A stretch of 43,308 nt of DNA from Terriglobia bacterium (GCA_035712125.1 DASTBJ010000013.1:1-43308), one strand, 5' to 3'. Positions 15,748 to 25,124 are shown, numbered from the stretch's first letter. Notes: generated by a model from the sequence alone, not told the origin. Translations and numbers: made by a program.

Positions 15748-17355
15748 TTAAACGTTCCGGAATCGGGCGAATGCTCCCGAGGCATACACGATTCTCCCGC
15801 CCAGAAAAGTGAGCACCGATTCTATTTTTCGAATGCGGTCGTCGGGAACGGTCAGGTAGTCCTCGCTGAGTACGGCTAAATCTGCGTACTTTCCCACGAC
15901 GAAAGATCCAACATGGTGGTCGTCAAACGAAAACCACGCAGCACCTTCGGTGTACAGTTGGAGGGCTTCGAGACGCGAAATCTGCTGGGTATCGTTGGTC
16001 AGCATGCCGGCAAGATTGCGGGCCGTGACCATATAAAACAGAGAGAGCCACGGATCGAGCGCGGACACATTGGTGGAATCGGTGCCGACGCCGGCGCGTA
16101 TTCCCGAATCAACAATGCGTCGGAACGGTGGGCCTCCACCTGTGGACAGGTACGTCCATGTTTGTGCACTGGCGCCGGCGCCGAGGTCCATCAGGGCCTT
16201 CAAGCGGGTTGAATCGATGCTCTGGAGATGAATGAGAGACCATCGGAGGCCGTCGATCGGAAACTCGCGCGCAATCGAGCGAAGCGCGTTGAGGTGAAAA
16301 TCATTTTCGGCCAGTGTGATCGAGTGTTGCTGGAGCAGCCAGCGATGCTGTGCAATCAAGCGGGCAGTCGGTTCGAATTGTGGAGAAGTCGTGTTGTTGC
16401 CGCCGATACGCTCGCCGAATCCGGCTACACGGAATAGATCGTCGCCGACAGCGCGGCCGCCCTGACTGAAGTTGTTGAGAATGCGGTTTTCCACATCCTG
16501 TGGAGAATCGGCAGGAAACAGCGGACGCGTACGTATGGTCAGCTTGTCCTGTCGCCAGAGTTGAAGGGGGAACTCCTGATCGCCCAGATTGCTCGCGTTG
16601 ACAACTCCGGTCAGCCCAAGGCTGTTGGCGTGATTATTGAGATCCGCTGTTCCCCGCAGTTTGTCCGCCGCCGACTGAACCGCCTGCAGAGTGGAAACAG
16701 CGGCCGCCGTTGAGGCGATGACGCCGGACGTATCGTCGACGCTGACGCCCTTCGATGCGAAAAAAGCCTGACCGAGTGTATTGGTGATGGCGCCTGTTCC
16801 TCCCCCGGTCCCGGAAATGTAGAGGGGATGCTTCGGCGCTGCAGCGTCCAATTCCGCTTTGGTCGGGCGACGCGATTCCGCAAACTGCGTGTGATTCCAA
16901 CCGCCGATGCACGTGATGAACTCTCCGGCCGGCACCGAGGCTGCGCGATTTGAAATCGCCTCCTGGAGTTCCTTGATTGAGAACGCTCTTTCGATGCGCC
17001 GTGCTTCATGCCCCGGGTTGATTCCCGCACGCGTGTAGTGCACGTGAGCATCGAATAGGCCCGGAATGGCTGTACGCCCGCCCAGATCGATCGTCTGTGG
17101 TCCGATTCCGGACGGCGACGCCTGGCTTATACTGGCGATGCGCCCGTTTCTCACGGTCATCGATGAGCCCACGACGCCTCGTGCATCCACAAATTTTCCA
17201 TTAACAAGGGTGTAGTCGTTGGCGGATGGGGCCTGCGGGCTCGCGGTGGCGCCGACAAAAATTCTTCCGGCAGCGAACGTTGCGGCAGCACCGAGTGCGC
17301 CCTTAAGCAAACACCGCCGTGACAGCGCGTCACCACCTGTTTTCCGGCTTCTCAT
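15748..17355 (-). CDS. Tat-like-signal amidohydrolase (Amidohydro_3 / YtcJ-like metal-dependent hydrolase)
   Basis: Start at ATG 17355 (MRSRKTGGDALSRRCLLKGALGAAATFAAG). GLFDAHVHY HxH motif and a C-terminal GTDS motif. Confidence 0.8.
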   Translation of the reverse strand: MRSRKTGGDALSRRCLLKGALGAAATFAAGRIFVGATASPQAPSANDYTLVNGKFVDARGVVGSSMTVRNGRIASISQASPSGIGPQTIDLGGRTAIPGLFDAHVHYTRAGINPGHEARRIERAFSIKELQEAISNRAASVPAGEFITCIGGWNHTQFAESRRPTKAELDAAAPKHPLYISGTGGGTGAITNTLGQAFFASKGVSVDDTSGVIASTAAAVSTLQAVQSAADKLRGTADLNNHANSLGLTGVVNASNLGDQEFPLQLWRQDKLTIRTRPLFPADSPQDVENRILNNFSQGGRAVGDDLFRVAGFGERIGGNNTTSPQFEPTARLIAQHRWLLQQHSITLAENDFHLNALRSIAREFPIDGLRWSLIHLQSIDSTRLKALMDLGAGASAQTWTYLSTGGGPPFRRIVDSGIRAGVGTDSTNVSALDPWLSLFYMVTARNLAGMLTNDTQQISRLEALQLYTEGAAWFSFDDHHVGSFVVGKYADLAVLSEDYLTVPDDRIRKIESVLTFLGGRIVYASGAFARFRNV

Positions 17356-17370
17356 GCAATGGTCCAGCGG

Positions 17371-17410
17371 AATAAAAATCGGGGTCAGACTAACAACTAG
17401 TCTGACCCCG
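17371..17410 (-). terminator. rho-independent terminator after the methyltransferase gene
   Basis: Perfect 12-13 bp stem GGGGTCAGACTA / TAGTCTGACCCC with a 5-nt loop. On the minus strand it is followed by ATTTTTATT. It begins 7 nt after the TAA at 17419..17417. Confidence 0.8.
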
Positions 17411-17416
17411 ATTTCG

Positions 17417-17980
17417 TTACTTTGCGGGAATCGTCCAATAAAAGACCTCGCGACCATCGACGTTCAAGGTCTTTTCCGGCTGCCAGTCTCCCATACGGAA
17501 CGCATGGGAAACGATGCGAGTTCCCGGCTTCAGTTCACGCAATAGTTTCGGGCGAAGCTTTTCGTTCAACGTCGGAAGCAGGTACAGCGTGACAACCGTC
17601 GCTTCGCTGATGTTTGTTTCGAACAGGTCGGCGTTCATGAATTTGACCTTGTCCGTCACACCTGCCTTGACGGCATTCTCGTTGGCTTCCTTGATGCGCT
17701 CGGGGTTGATATCGATACCAATACCCCGCGCGCCAAACTTCTGCGCCGCAGTGATAGGGATGCGACCATCGCCGGAGCCGAGATCGTAAACGATATCCGT
17801 GGACTTCACAGCGGCAACGTTCAGCATCGCCTCAACGACGGCGGGCGGTGTCGGAACGTAGACGACATCCGGCTCGCGCAACTTCGTTGTTGCTTGTGCC
17901 GGCGCCTGCGCTGTCGATGAGTCTGCGTACAGCAACAACCCGAGACAGACCGCAGTGGCAACTCTCTGTAATCCTTTCAT
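17417..17980 (-). CDS. class I SAM-dependent methyltransferase with an N-terminal signal-peptide-like segment
   Basis: Start at ATG 17980 (MKGLQRVATAVCLGLLLYADSSTAQA), with GAGGAGG upstream. SAM motif I is VYDLGSGDGRI. Confidence 0.75.
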   Translation of the reverse strand: MKGLQRVATAVCLGLLLYADSSTAQAPAQATTKLREPDVVYVPTPPAVVEAMLNVAAVKSTDIVYDLGSGDGRIPITAAQKFGARGIGIDINPERIKEANENAVKAGVTDKVKFMNADLFETNISEATVVTLYLLPTLNEKLRPKLLRELKPGTRIVSHAFRMGDWQPEKTLNVDGREVFYWTIPAK

Positions 17981-17990
17981 TTCAACCTCC

Positions 17991-19397
17991 TCATGAACTC
18001 CTGTCAGATTGTCGATTGACAAACGGCAGCATCAGCGCGCCTGCTGCCAGCACTGCAATACCGGCTATCGTGCCCTTGCCAGCATAGTTGAGGCTTGAGT
18101 ACAGCAGATAGGCGCTAGCGGTGCAGAACAACAGAGGCACTACGGGGAATAATGGTGCTCGAAAGGGCCGCTCCTGATGCGGTTCCTTCCGGCGCAAAAC
18201 AAAAAGAGAAATTCCAGTCAGCAGAAAGAAGAACCAGAATACCGGCGCTGTGTAGTCCACCATCGCACCCAGTCCCTCCCGGGTGAGAGCGCCGAACAAC
18301 ACAAGCGTCAAAGAAACACCGGCCTGAAGCAGCAACGCGTGGACAGGAGTCCCATTCGCGCCGCTCCAGCGGCCCAGAAACGCGAAGGGCGCGAAATCGC
18401 GGCCCAGTGCATAAGACGTGCGCGCACCGGTGAAGATGCTTGCGTTGGCCGATGTCAGCGCCGAGATCGCGACGAGCGTACCGATAAGCTTTGCACCGGT
18501 TTCGCCGAATGCCAGGCGCATCACGTCTGCAGCAACCTGCATGGATTTGGCGGCGCCATCAAGCCCAAGGGCGCGGAGATAGGCCCAGTTTATCAGCACA
18601 TACAGCGTTGTAATCACGAGCAGGCTGAAAAGCAGCGTCTTTACCATATTGCGCTTTACGTCACGCAATTCGGCTGAAACATAAGCCGCTTCGTTCCATC
18701 CGCCATAGGTCAGAAGGATCAGAACCATCATGAAGCCGAATGACGATGACGCCGGAGTCGAGGCTGTGGCTGCGGCCGGAGCCGCGGCGGGAGCAATCAT
18801 ACCGGCGGCAATGATCAGAAGAACACCCAGGACTTCGATTGCGGTTAGCGCACTCTGGACACCTGTACCCTGTCGGACACCCAGGATGTTGATGATCGTC
18901 AGAACAACAATGATCAGGGCGGCGTAGATCGCTGAAGAGAATTCCCCGAGTGGAAACAGTGTGGATGCGTAGTCACCAAACACAAACGAGAGAAATGTTA
19001 TCGACCCGGTCTGGATCACACTGATGCGAGCCCAGGCGAACAGAAAGGACAGCCGCCTGCCGAACGCCCGTGTGAGGAAGTGATAATCGCCTCCCGGATG
19101 CGGAAATGTTGATGCCAGCTCGGCGTAAACGAGTGCCCCGGCGAACGAAATAAGGCCGCCCACAACCCATGCCAGCAGGACGATAGACTCACTGCTGGCA
19201 TTCGCTGCTACCAAGGATGGGGTGCGAAAAATCCCTGCTCCGATGACAATACCGATGGTAAGAGCAATCGCATCCACCATCGAAACAGCGGGTTTCGGTG
19301 CGGCAGATACGGGTTCGCGCGCTGCGGCTGTGGACCGTGGTTGTGTCTGATGCATTCCGGCTAGTCTATCCGGGCCTGCTGTCGAAGCAACAGGCAA
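17991..19397 (-). CDS. amino acid / polyamine (APC superfamily) permease
   Basis: About 12 hydrophobic helices with an IGIVIGAGIFRTP N-terminal signature. The start is uncertain; the alternative in-frame Met codons are at 19355 and 19283. Confidence 0.85.
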   Translation of the reverse strand: MPVASTAGPDRLAGMHQTQPRSTAAAREPVSAAPKPAVSMVDAIALTIGIVIGAGIFRTPSLVAANASSESIVLLAWVVGGLISFAGALVYAELASTFPHPGGDYHFLTRAFGRRLSFLFAWARISVIQTGSITFLSFVFGDYASTLFPLGEFSSAIYAALIIVVLTIINILGVRQGTGVQSALTAIEVLGVLLIIAAGMIAPAAAPAAATASTPASSSFGFMMVLILLTYGGWNEAAYVSAELRDVKRNMVKTLLFSLLVITTLYVLINWAYLRALGLDGAAKSMQVAADVMRLAFGETGAKLIGTLVAISALTSANASIFTGARTSYALGRDFAPFAFLGRWSGANGTPVHALLLQAGVSLTLVLFGALTREGLGAMVDYTAPVFWFFFLLTGISLFVLRRKEPHQERPFRAPLFPVVPLLFCTASAYLLYSSLNYAGKGTIAGIAVLAAGALMLPFVNRQSDRSS

Positions 19398-19405
19398 TTT
19401 CGCTA

Positions 19406-19879
19406 TTAATCGGCCCGTTTAGCGAAGAACAACCCAAGTGCGAGAATAAAGATTGCAATCGGCAGAATCAGTGCGGTCCAGGTCAATTCGCGGCTGGATG
19501 CCACAAAACCCTCGACACTGGCGATCACGAGCGCCAAAAGGATCGCTTCCCAGAGCAGGAACTTCAGTTCAGAAAGGCTCTTCACGCGCATCCACCCGGG
19601 AATCGATTCCAGGTTGGGATCGTTCCGGTGAGGCAGGAAGAGCGTGCAAACCCCGATCGCGAACACGACAAAAACCAACGCAATAAGAAAAGAGTCTGTT
19701 GATCTCGCGAGGTGTATGCCCGGCGATTCCTCACCGTCCCACGGCGGACCTTCGAGGATCAGCCGGTAACCAATCGTCCCTCGGGCGATTCCTATCGCCA
19801 TGAACCCGACAGCGTGAAGTGCGGCAAAGAAGGCAGTCACCGCAGCCAGCCAACGCAACTTGAGAATCAGTCTTACCAT
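19406..19879 (-). CDS. YqhA / UPF0114 family membrane protein
   Basis: 157 aa with four hydrophobic segments. The size and pattern resemble YqhA-family proteins. The assignment is weak and based on overall resemblance. Confidence 0.5.
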   Translation of the reverse strand: MVRLILKLRWLAAVTAFFAALHAVGFMAIGIARGTIGYRLILEGPPWDGEESPGIHLARSTDSFLIALVFVVFAIGVCTLFLPHRNDPNLESIPGWMRVKSLSELKFLLWEAILLALVIASVEGFVASSRELTWTALILPIAIFILALGLFFAKRAD

Positions 19880-20007
19880 GCAACTCCCCCGGTCGCAGAG
19901 CCATCAATTGGAGATAAGGCGAATAGGATGCATCAGTCCGTGACGTATGATCAGAGAAATCTGCCGGAGCCATCGAGACGCCCCGGCGAGAGGGTAAGGA
20001 CCAGACC

Positions 20008-20739
20008 GTGATTTCAGTAGATGGTTTTCACAAGACTTATCGCGACACCGTCGCCGTAGCCGGCCTTTCGTTTGAGGTCGGGCCGGGTCACGTCCTCGGA
20101 TTGGTCGGGCCCAACGGAGCGGGCAAGACAACGACCCTTCGCGCGATTGCGGGAATCATTCCGCCGACCCGTGGGCGAGTGCTTGTTGCCGGTTATGATG
20201 TAGCGGCTCAGCCCGTACAGGCAAAACAACGCCTTGCCTATATTCCTGACGAACCCAGGCTCTTTGACACACTGACGGTAGCTGAACATCTTGAGTTCGC
20301 CGCCGCGGCCTATAACGTTCCGGACCATGTGAAGAAAGGCACAGAACTCCTCCGGTCTTTCGACTTGATCGACAAGAAAGATGCTCTGGCTCAGGAGTTG
20401 TCCCGCGGAATGCGACAGAAGGTGGCAATTTGTTGCGGCTATCTTCACGACCCGGCAGCGATTATTTTTGACGAGCCGCTCACCGGCCTCGATCCGCGTG
20501 GTATTCGAACGCTAAAACGATCCATCGTTGAGCGTGCGAGGGCAGGTGCAGCGATTGTCATCAGCTCTCATTTGCTGTCACTGGTGGAGGATCTCTGCTC
20601 TCATCTGTTGATTCTGGACCATGTCCATTCCAGATTCTTCGGACCTATTGAAGTTGCGCGAACCAGATTCGCCGGTCTTGCGGAGGACGCGAAGCTGGAG
20701 GAAATCTTCTTTCGCGCGATCGACACGTCCGAACGCTAG
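20008..20739 (+). CDS. ABC transporter ATP-binding protein (ABC-2 / exporter type)
   Basis: GTG start. Walker A GPNGAGKTT, signature LSRGMRQKV, Walker B IIFDEPLTGLD, H-loop ISSHL. Confidence 0.9.
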   Translation: MISVDGFHKTYRDTVAVAGLSFEVGPGHVLGLVGPNGAGKTTTLRAIAGIIPPTRGRVLVAGYDVAAQPVQAKQRLAYIPDEPRLFDTLTVAEHLEFAAAAYNVPDHVKKGTELLRSFDLIDKKDALAQELSRGMRQKVAICCGYLHDPAAIIFDEPLTGLDPRGIRTLKRSIVERARAGAAIVISSHLLSLVEDLCSHLLILDHVHSRFFGPIEVARTRFAGLAEDAKLEEIFFRAIDTSER

Positions 20740-20741
20740 TC

Positions 20742-22367
20742 ATGGCGAGACTCCTTCACCCCGCCCTGCGTTTGTTATGGCGCATGCAATTGCAGGCAGG
20801 CTGGCGCAGAATCACGCGGTCGGTTCGAACAGGAAAAGGAGTACTCCGGCTGGCGCTGACCGTGGGCCTGATGGCCTTGACCTTCGGCCCGATGTTTGTT
20901 TTTCTCCTTTACCGGGAGCCGCCGGATTCTGCCGCGGCGCGGTCTCTCCTTGAGCCCGCCATTTTCGTCATTACGATGGTCATACTGATGGCAAACGGGT
21001 CGAAAAGCGGAATTTTCTTCACCCCGGCGGAGGTGGACTTCCTGTTCCCCGGACCCTTTCGACGGAAGGAATTGATCCTTTACCGCATCGGTCATCAGGC
21101 CCAGGCTGCCCTCTTTGGGGCGCTCTTCCTGTCCGTTGTGCCGGCGCCGTTTGTTCCTTACTGGCCGTTTGCGTTCCTGGGAATCGCGCTCGTACTGCAG
21201 TTCATCCAGCTTCTCTCGACCGTGCTCAGTCTGACGATTTCCATTGCCGGTCAGGCGGCATACTCGCGAGTGCGAAGAATCGTGCTCGTTGTGATCGGGC
21301 TATTGATTGTGGTGGGAGTAGTTCAGGCTGCCAGCGAGTATGGGGCAAGCGGCGGGCTTGCTCTGATGCGGGAGTTCCAGGCAACGTCGGTTGGGGCAGT
21401 TGTTCTGGCGCCATTTCAACTGTTCTCGAGAACAATCGCGGCGGAGCGGCTGTTCCCGGATTTTCTGGGATGGTCATCCCTTGCCCTTGCGCTCAATATT
21501 GCTCTGATTGCGGCTACGTTGCGCCTCGATAGCGACTTTTATGAACGCTCGGTGGCCGTGAGTGAAAGAGTTTACCGGGCTCTCGAAAATGCGCGGCGAG
21601 GGCAGGCCTGGATGGGCCTTTCGAAGCCATCGGTGGCCCGGTGGCGCTTGCCGATGCCTGCGCGGTTGCGCGGAGCAGGTCCCATTGCCTGGCGGCAATT
21701 CCTGGATGCTCTCCGCAATTCGCGTGGCGTGATCTATGTGGTGTTGTTCATCGGCTCCGTTGTGGCGCTTGCCGCATATTTCCTGGACGAAAGCGGGCCC
21801 GGCATGGGGGCAACCGCGCTCGCCATGTTCGCGCTGTTTACATTTCCGCAGATGCTGCAATTCGATTTTCGAGGCGACATCGAGCGTATCGACCTGTTGA
21901 AGACCCTGCCGGCATCATCGGCAGCAATTGTCGCGGGAGAGCTCATCGTTCCAATTGTCCTCGCAACGATCATCGAATCCGTGCTTATGATCGGTACCGG
22001 CCTGTTGTGGACCGGCTGGCCGACGATATTCGTGATCTGCGCGTTCCTGCCGGTGGGAAATCTCCTGGTATTTGCCGTAGAGAACCTTGTGTTTCTCTAT
22101 TACCCGCGCCGGTCAGGCCCAATGGGTACAACATTTCAGGCTCCGGGACGGCAGATGATAATGAATTTTATCAAGACAGTCGTCATTGGAATCGCCGGGG
22201 GGACTGCGGCCGGAGTTGGTGGCATCGCTTTCTGGCTGTCGGAACGCTCCGTCGGGACTGCACTGGCCGCGGCATGGTGCGTTATCACTGTTGCCGGCGT
22301 GGCTCTCGTTCCGCTGGTGGCGCGGGCATTTCGCGTGCTCGACCCGAGTCTGGAAACGATGGAATAA
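20742..22367 (+). CDS. large polytopic membrane protein, putative ABC exporter permease partner
   Basis: 541 aa with many TM helices. It starts 2 nt after the ATPase stop. It resembles the putative ABC exporter (ABC_export) family, from memory. Confidence 0.6.
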   Translation: MARLLHPALRLLWRMQLQAGWRRITRSVRTGKGVLRLALTVGLMALTFGPMFVFLLYREPPDSAAARSLLEPAIFVITMVILMANGSKSGIFFTPAEVDFLFPGPFRRKELILYRIGHQAQAALFGALFLSVVPAPFVPYWPFAFLGIALVLQFIQLLSTVLSLTISIAGQAAYSRVRRIVLVVIGLLIVVGVVQAASEYGASGGLALMREFQATSVGAVVLAPFQLFSRTIAAERLFPDFLGWSSLALALNIALIAATLRLDSDFYERSVAVSERVYRALENARRGQAWMGLSKPSVARWRLPMPARLRGAGPIAWRQFLDALRNSRGVIYVVLFIGSVVALAAYFLDESGPGMGATALAMFALFTFPQMLQFDFRGDIERIDLLKTLPASSAAIVAGELIVPIVLATIIESVLMIGTGLLWTGWPTIFVICAFLPVGNLLVFAVENLVFLYYPRRSGPMGTTFQAPGRQMIMNFIKTVVIGIAGGTAAGVGGIAFWLSERSVGTALAAAWCVITVAGVALVPLVARAFRVLDPSLETME

Positions 22368-22369
22368 CC

Positions 22370-23395
22370 TCAGCGACCCTGAAGCACCCGCACATGCGCG
22401 GCCACACTCTCCGAAAGCCCGTCAAGACGATATCCTCCCTCGAGTACTGAAACGAGACGACCCTGACACAGTTCGTTGGCGAGATCGACGACAACGCGCG
22501 TCATTTCTGTGAAACCGCGGGGTGTGATGTCGAACCGTCCAAGCACGTCGTTGCGCATGCCGTCGAAACCGGCACTGATCAGGATCAGGTCGGGTTTGAA
22601 TCGGCGTGCCTCCGGTACCAGCCTTGTCTTGAAGGCTTCAAGAAACTGCGTGTCGCCGGCGCCCGCCGGCATTGCAAGGTTGAACTTCGTTCCTTTCGCC
22701 TTTCCCGCACCGGTTTCCTCGGGGCTTCCTGTTCCCGGGTAGGCGCCATAGTGATGCGTATCAAACACGAGGACCGATTCGTCTTCGTAGAAGATATCCT
22801 GCGTTCCGTTGCCGTGGTGATAGTCCCAGTCCACAATCAGCACACGACGAACACCATGCATCTTCTGGGCGTAACGCGCAGCGATGGCTACGTGGTTATA
22901 GATACAGAACCCCATGCCGCGTGAGGGAGTCGCGTGATGGCCTGGGGGCCGAACGGCACAAAAAGCATTCCTCGTTTTCCTGGTCATTACGGCCTCGACC
23001 GCGTTGAGCACACCGCCCGCCGCGAATTGTGCTGTTTCGAACGAGCCCGGTGAAATCGCCGTGTCTCCAGTACTCAGTTCTCCCGGCGCCTTGAGGTTGG
23101 CGAGCTCTCGACGAACCAGGTCGATGTATTCCTGGCTATGAACCAGCAGGAGCTCCTCGGTGGTGACTCGTCGTGGCGCGATGCGGATCAGATCCTTTAT
23201 CAAACCCGCCTGCTCCAGCCCGGCCCAAATCGCGGTCAGGCGCTCGGGGCGCTCCGGGTGGTCGACGCCGGCGAGATGACGCAAGTAAACGTCGTCGAAC
23301 AAGAGCCCCGTCTGGGTGGGTGGAACCTGAAAGCCCGCGGCGGAGCACGCCAATCCCAGGAGGACGACGCACGAGATCAAAGCAAGGCGAGGCAT
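22370..23395 (-). CDS. histone deacetylase / acetylpolyamine amidohydrolase family Zn-hydrolase with a signal peptide
   Basis: N-terminus MPRLALISCVVLLGLACSAAG. Catalytic motifs RPPGHHA, DWDYHHGNGTQ, SAGFDG and LEGGY are present. Confidence 0.85.
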   Translation of the reverse strand: MPRLALISCVVLLGLACSAAGFQVPPTQTGLLFDDVYLRHLAGVDHPERPERLTAIWAGLEQAGLIKDLIRIAPRRVTTEELLLVHSQEYIDLVRRELANLKAPGELSTGDTAISPGSFETAQFAAGGVLNAVEAVMTRKTRNAFCAVRPPGHHATPSRGMGFCIYNHVAIAARYAQKMHGVRRVLIVDWDYHHGNGTQDIFYEDESVLVFDTHHYGAYPGTGSPEETGAGKAKGTKFNLAMPAGAGDTQFLEAFKTRLVPEARRFKPDLILISAGFDGMRNDVLGRFDITPRGFTEMTRVVVDLANELCQGRLVSVLEGGYRLDGLSESVAAHVRVLQGR

Positions 23396-23429
23396 GACCG
23401 CAAGAATAGTGGTTGTTTCGCCGGAACGC

Positions 23430-25124
23430 TTAATAATTCAGAGCGAATCGCCGCTGGGCCAGATTGTAAGCAGGCTGCCACACCAGGCGGTTGACGATGA
23501 GGATGAACAGAACCATCGCCGAGATGGAGACGACGATCTGCTGGAGGTTGCCGGTGTCGTAGGTCGCGCGGGCAAGCATCGCGCCGATTCCATTGACCGA
23601 ATAGAGGTTGCCCTCGGCGAAAACGTACTCGCTCAATACGAGAGCATTCCACCCGCCGCCGATCGCCGTGAGGCTTCCCGTAACCAGGCTCGGGAAGATT
23701 GCAGGTAGGATCAGCCTGCGCCATCGCGTCATCCCCGTCAGCCCCAGGGAGTTGGAAATCTGGTGAAGGTCTTCAGGAATGGCGCGGATGCCCGCAATCA
23801 GGTTGAACAGCAGGTACCATTGCATTCCTGTCGTTACCAGGAGGATCGAAGCGAGATTCATGTCTCCACCCAGGCGTATCACCGTTAGAACGATTAACGG
23901 GAAGAATGCTGTGGCGGGAATGGCCGCGATCACTTCGAGGATTGGCAGAGCGCGACGAGAGATACGCTCATTGCGCCCGACCCATACGGCCAGCGGCAGC
24001 GCCCATACCAGCGCCAGGGCATAAGCGGCAAGCAGCCTCAGGAAACTCAAAGATAATGCGAGGGGAACCGCGTGCATTTCGGGTGACGGCGTTAGGAGAC
24101 CGGAAGCCGAACTCCACATGCCTCGGGCCAGAAGGACGGCGCCCAAAAGCGCCAGGATCATCAGCACTACGCTGCTGCGCCTGGTGCGTTGCCTCTCGAG
24201 AATCAGGCTCAGGACGAAAACCATCGAGCGAATCAGCGGCCGGAAAAAGTTGTCCCAGAGGTGGTGTAGCACCCGCGATCGTGCCATGTGAAATCGGAGG
24301 CGGCTGCCCTTAGCCACAGGCGTCGCCGGGGTGTCGCCTGTGTCATAGAGAAACCGAACAGACCACGCGTTCAGCGGACTCCACACAACGAGGTGGAAGA
24401 AAACGATGATCGCTGTCAGAAAGAGCACACCGAAGATCGCATGGCCATAATCTCCTGACTTCATCGTTTGTTCGAGGTAACTGCCCAGACCTGGAAGCCG
24501 ATAGTTCACGTGGCCCATGACGATGATCTCGCTGGCGATCAGGAAGTACCAGCCATTTGCCCAGGAAATCATGCCGTTGTACGCCAGCTTGTGCATTGCC
24601 GCGGGTAGAACGAGCCGTGTCCAGTGGCTGTATCCCCGGAGGCCGAACTGTTGCGACGCGAGCGTCAGGTCCTGCGGTATGGTCGTGATCGATTCGTAAA
24701 CCGCGAATATCAGGTTCCAGAGAGCGCTCGTTATGATCAGAAAAATGGCTGCAATCTCGACGCCGATGGCGGGATAGGTCGTGCCGAAGATTCGAATGAA
24801 AAGAAATACCGCGGCAGGGAAAAAGCCCAGCACCGGCACGGATTGAAGAATGTCGGCCGCCGGAAGAATCACCATGTTCCAGCGCCTGCTGACCGCGGCC
24901 AGGTAGCCGGCAAGCAGGCCGATGATCAGGGAAAGGATCATGGCCGCGATCATCCGGGACACTGAAACGAGCGCGTAGAACGGAAGGTAACGGACCGAAA
25001 GGTTCAGCGACGGCTGCTGGATGGAATAGACGTGCGGACTGTCGCGAAAGAGCACGATCGCCAGAGCGATGACCAGCAGCGCCACGCCGATATCGATAGG
25101 ATTGGCTTTGCGTTTGAGTAGCAT
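23430..25124 (-). CDS. duplicated (two-domain fused) ABC transporter permease, NitT/TauT-like
   Basis: 564 aa with about 12 TM segments in two similar halves. Each half resembles a binding-protein-dependent transport inner-membrane domain. Confidence 0.75.
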   Translation of the reverse strand: MLLKRKANPIDIGVALLVIALAIVLFRDSPHVYSIQQPSLNLSVRYLPFYALVSVSRMIAAMILSLIIGLLAGYLAAVSRRWNMVILPAADILQSVPVLGFFPAAVFLFIRIFGTTYPAIGVEIAAIFLIITSALWNLIFAVYESITTIPQDLTLASQQFGLRGYSHWTRLVLPAAMHKLAYNGMISWANGWYFLIASEIIVMGHVNYRLPGLGSYLEQTMKSGDYGHAIFGVLFLTAIIVFFHLVVWSPLNAWSVRFLYDTGDTPATPVAKGSRLRFHMARSRVLHHLWDNFFRPLIRSMVFVLSLILERQRTRRSSVVLMILALLGAVLLARGMWSSASGLLTPSPEMHAVPLALSLSFLRLLAAYALALVWALPLAVWVGRNERISRRALPILEVIAAIPATAFFPLIVLTVIRLGGDMNLASILLVTTGMQWYLLFNLIAGIRAIPEDLHQISNSLGLTGMTRWRRLILPAIFPSLVTGSLTAIGGGWNALVLSEYVFAEGNLYSVNGIGAMLARATYDTGNLQQIVVSISAMVLFILIVNRLVWQPAYNLAQRRFALNY

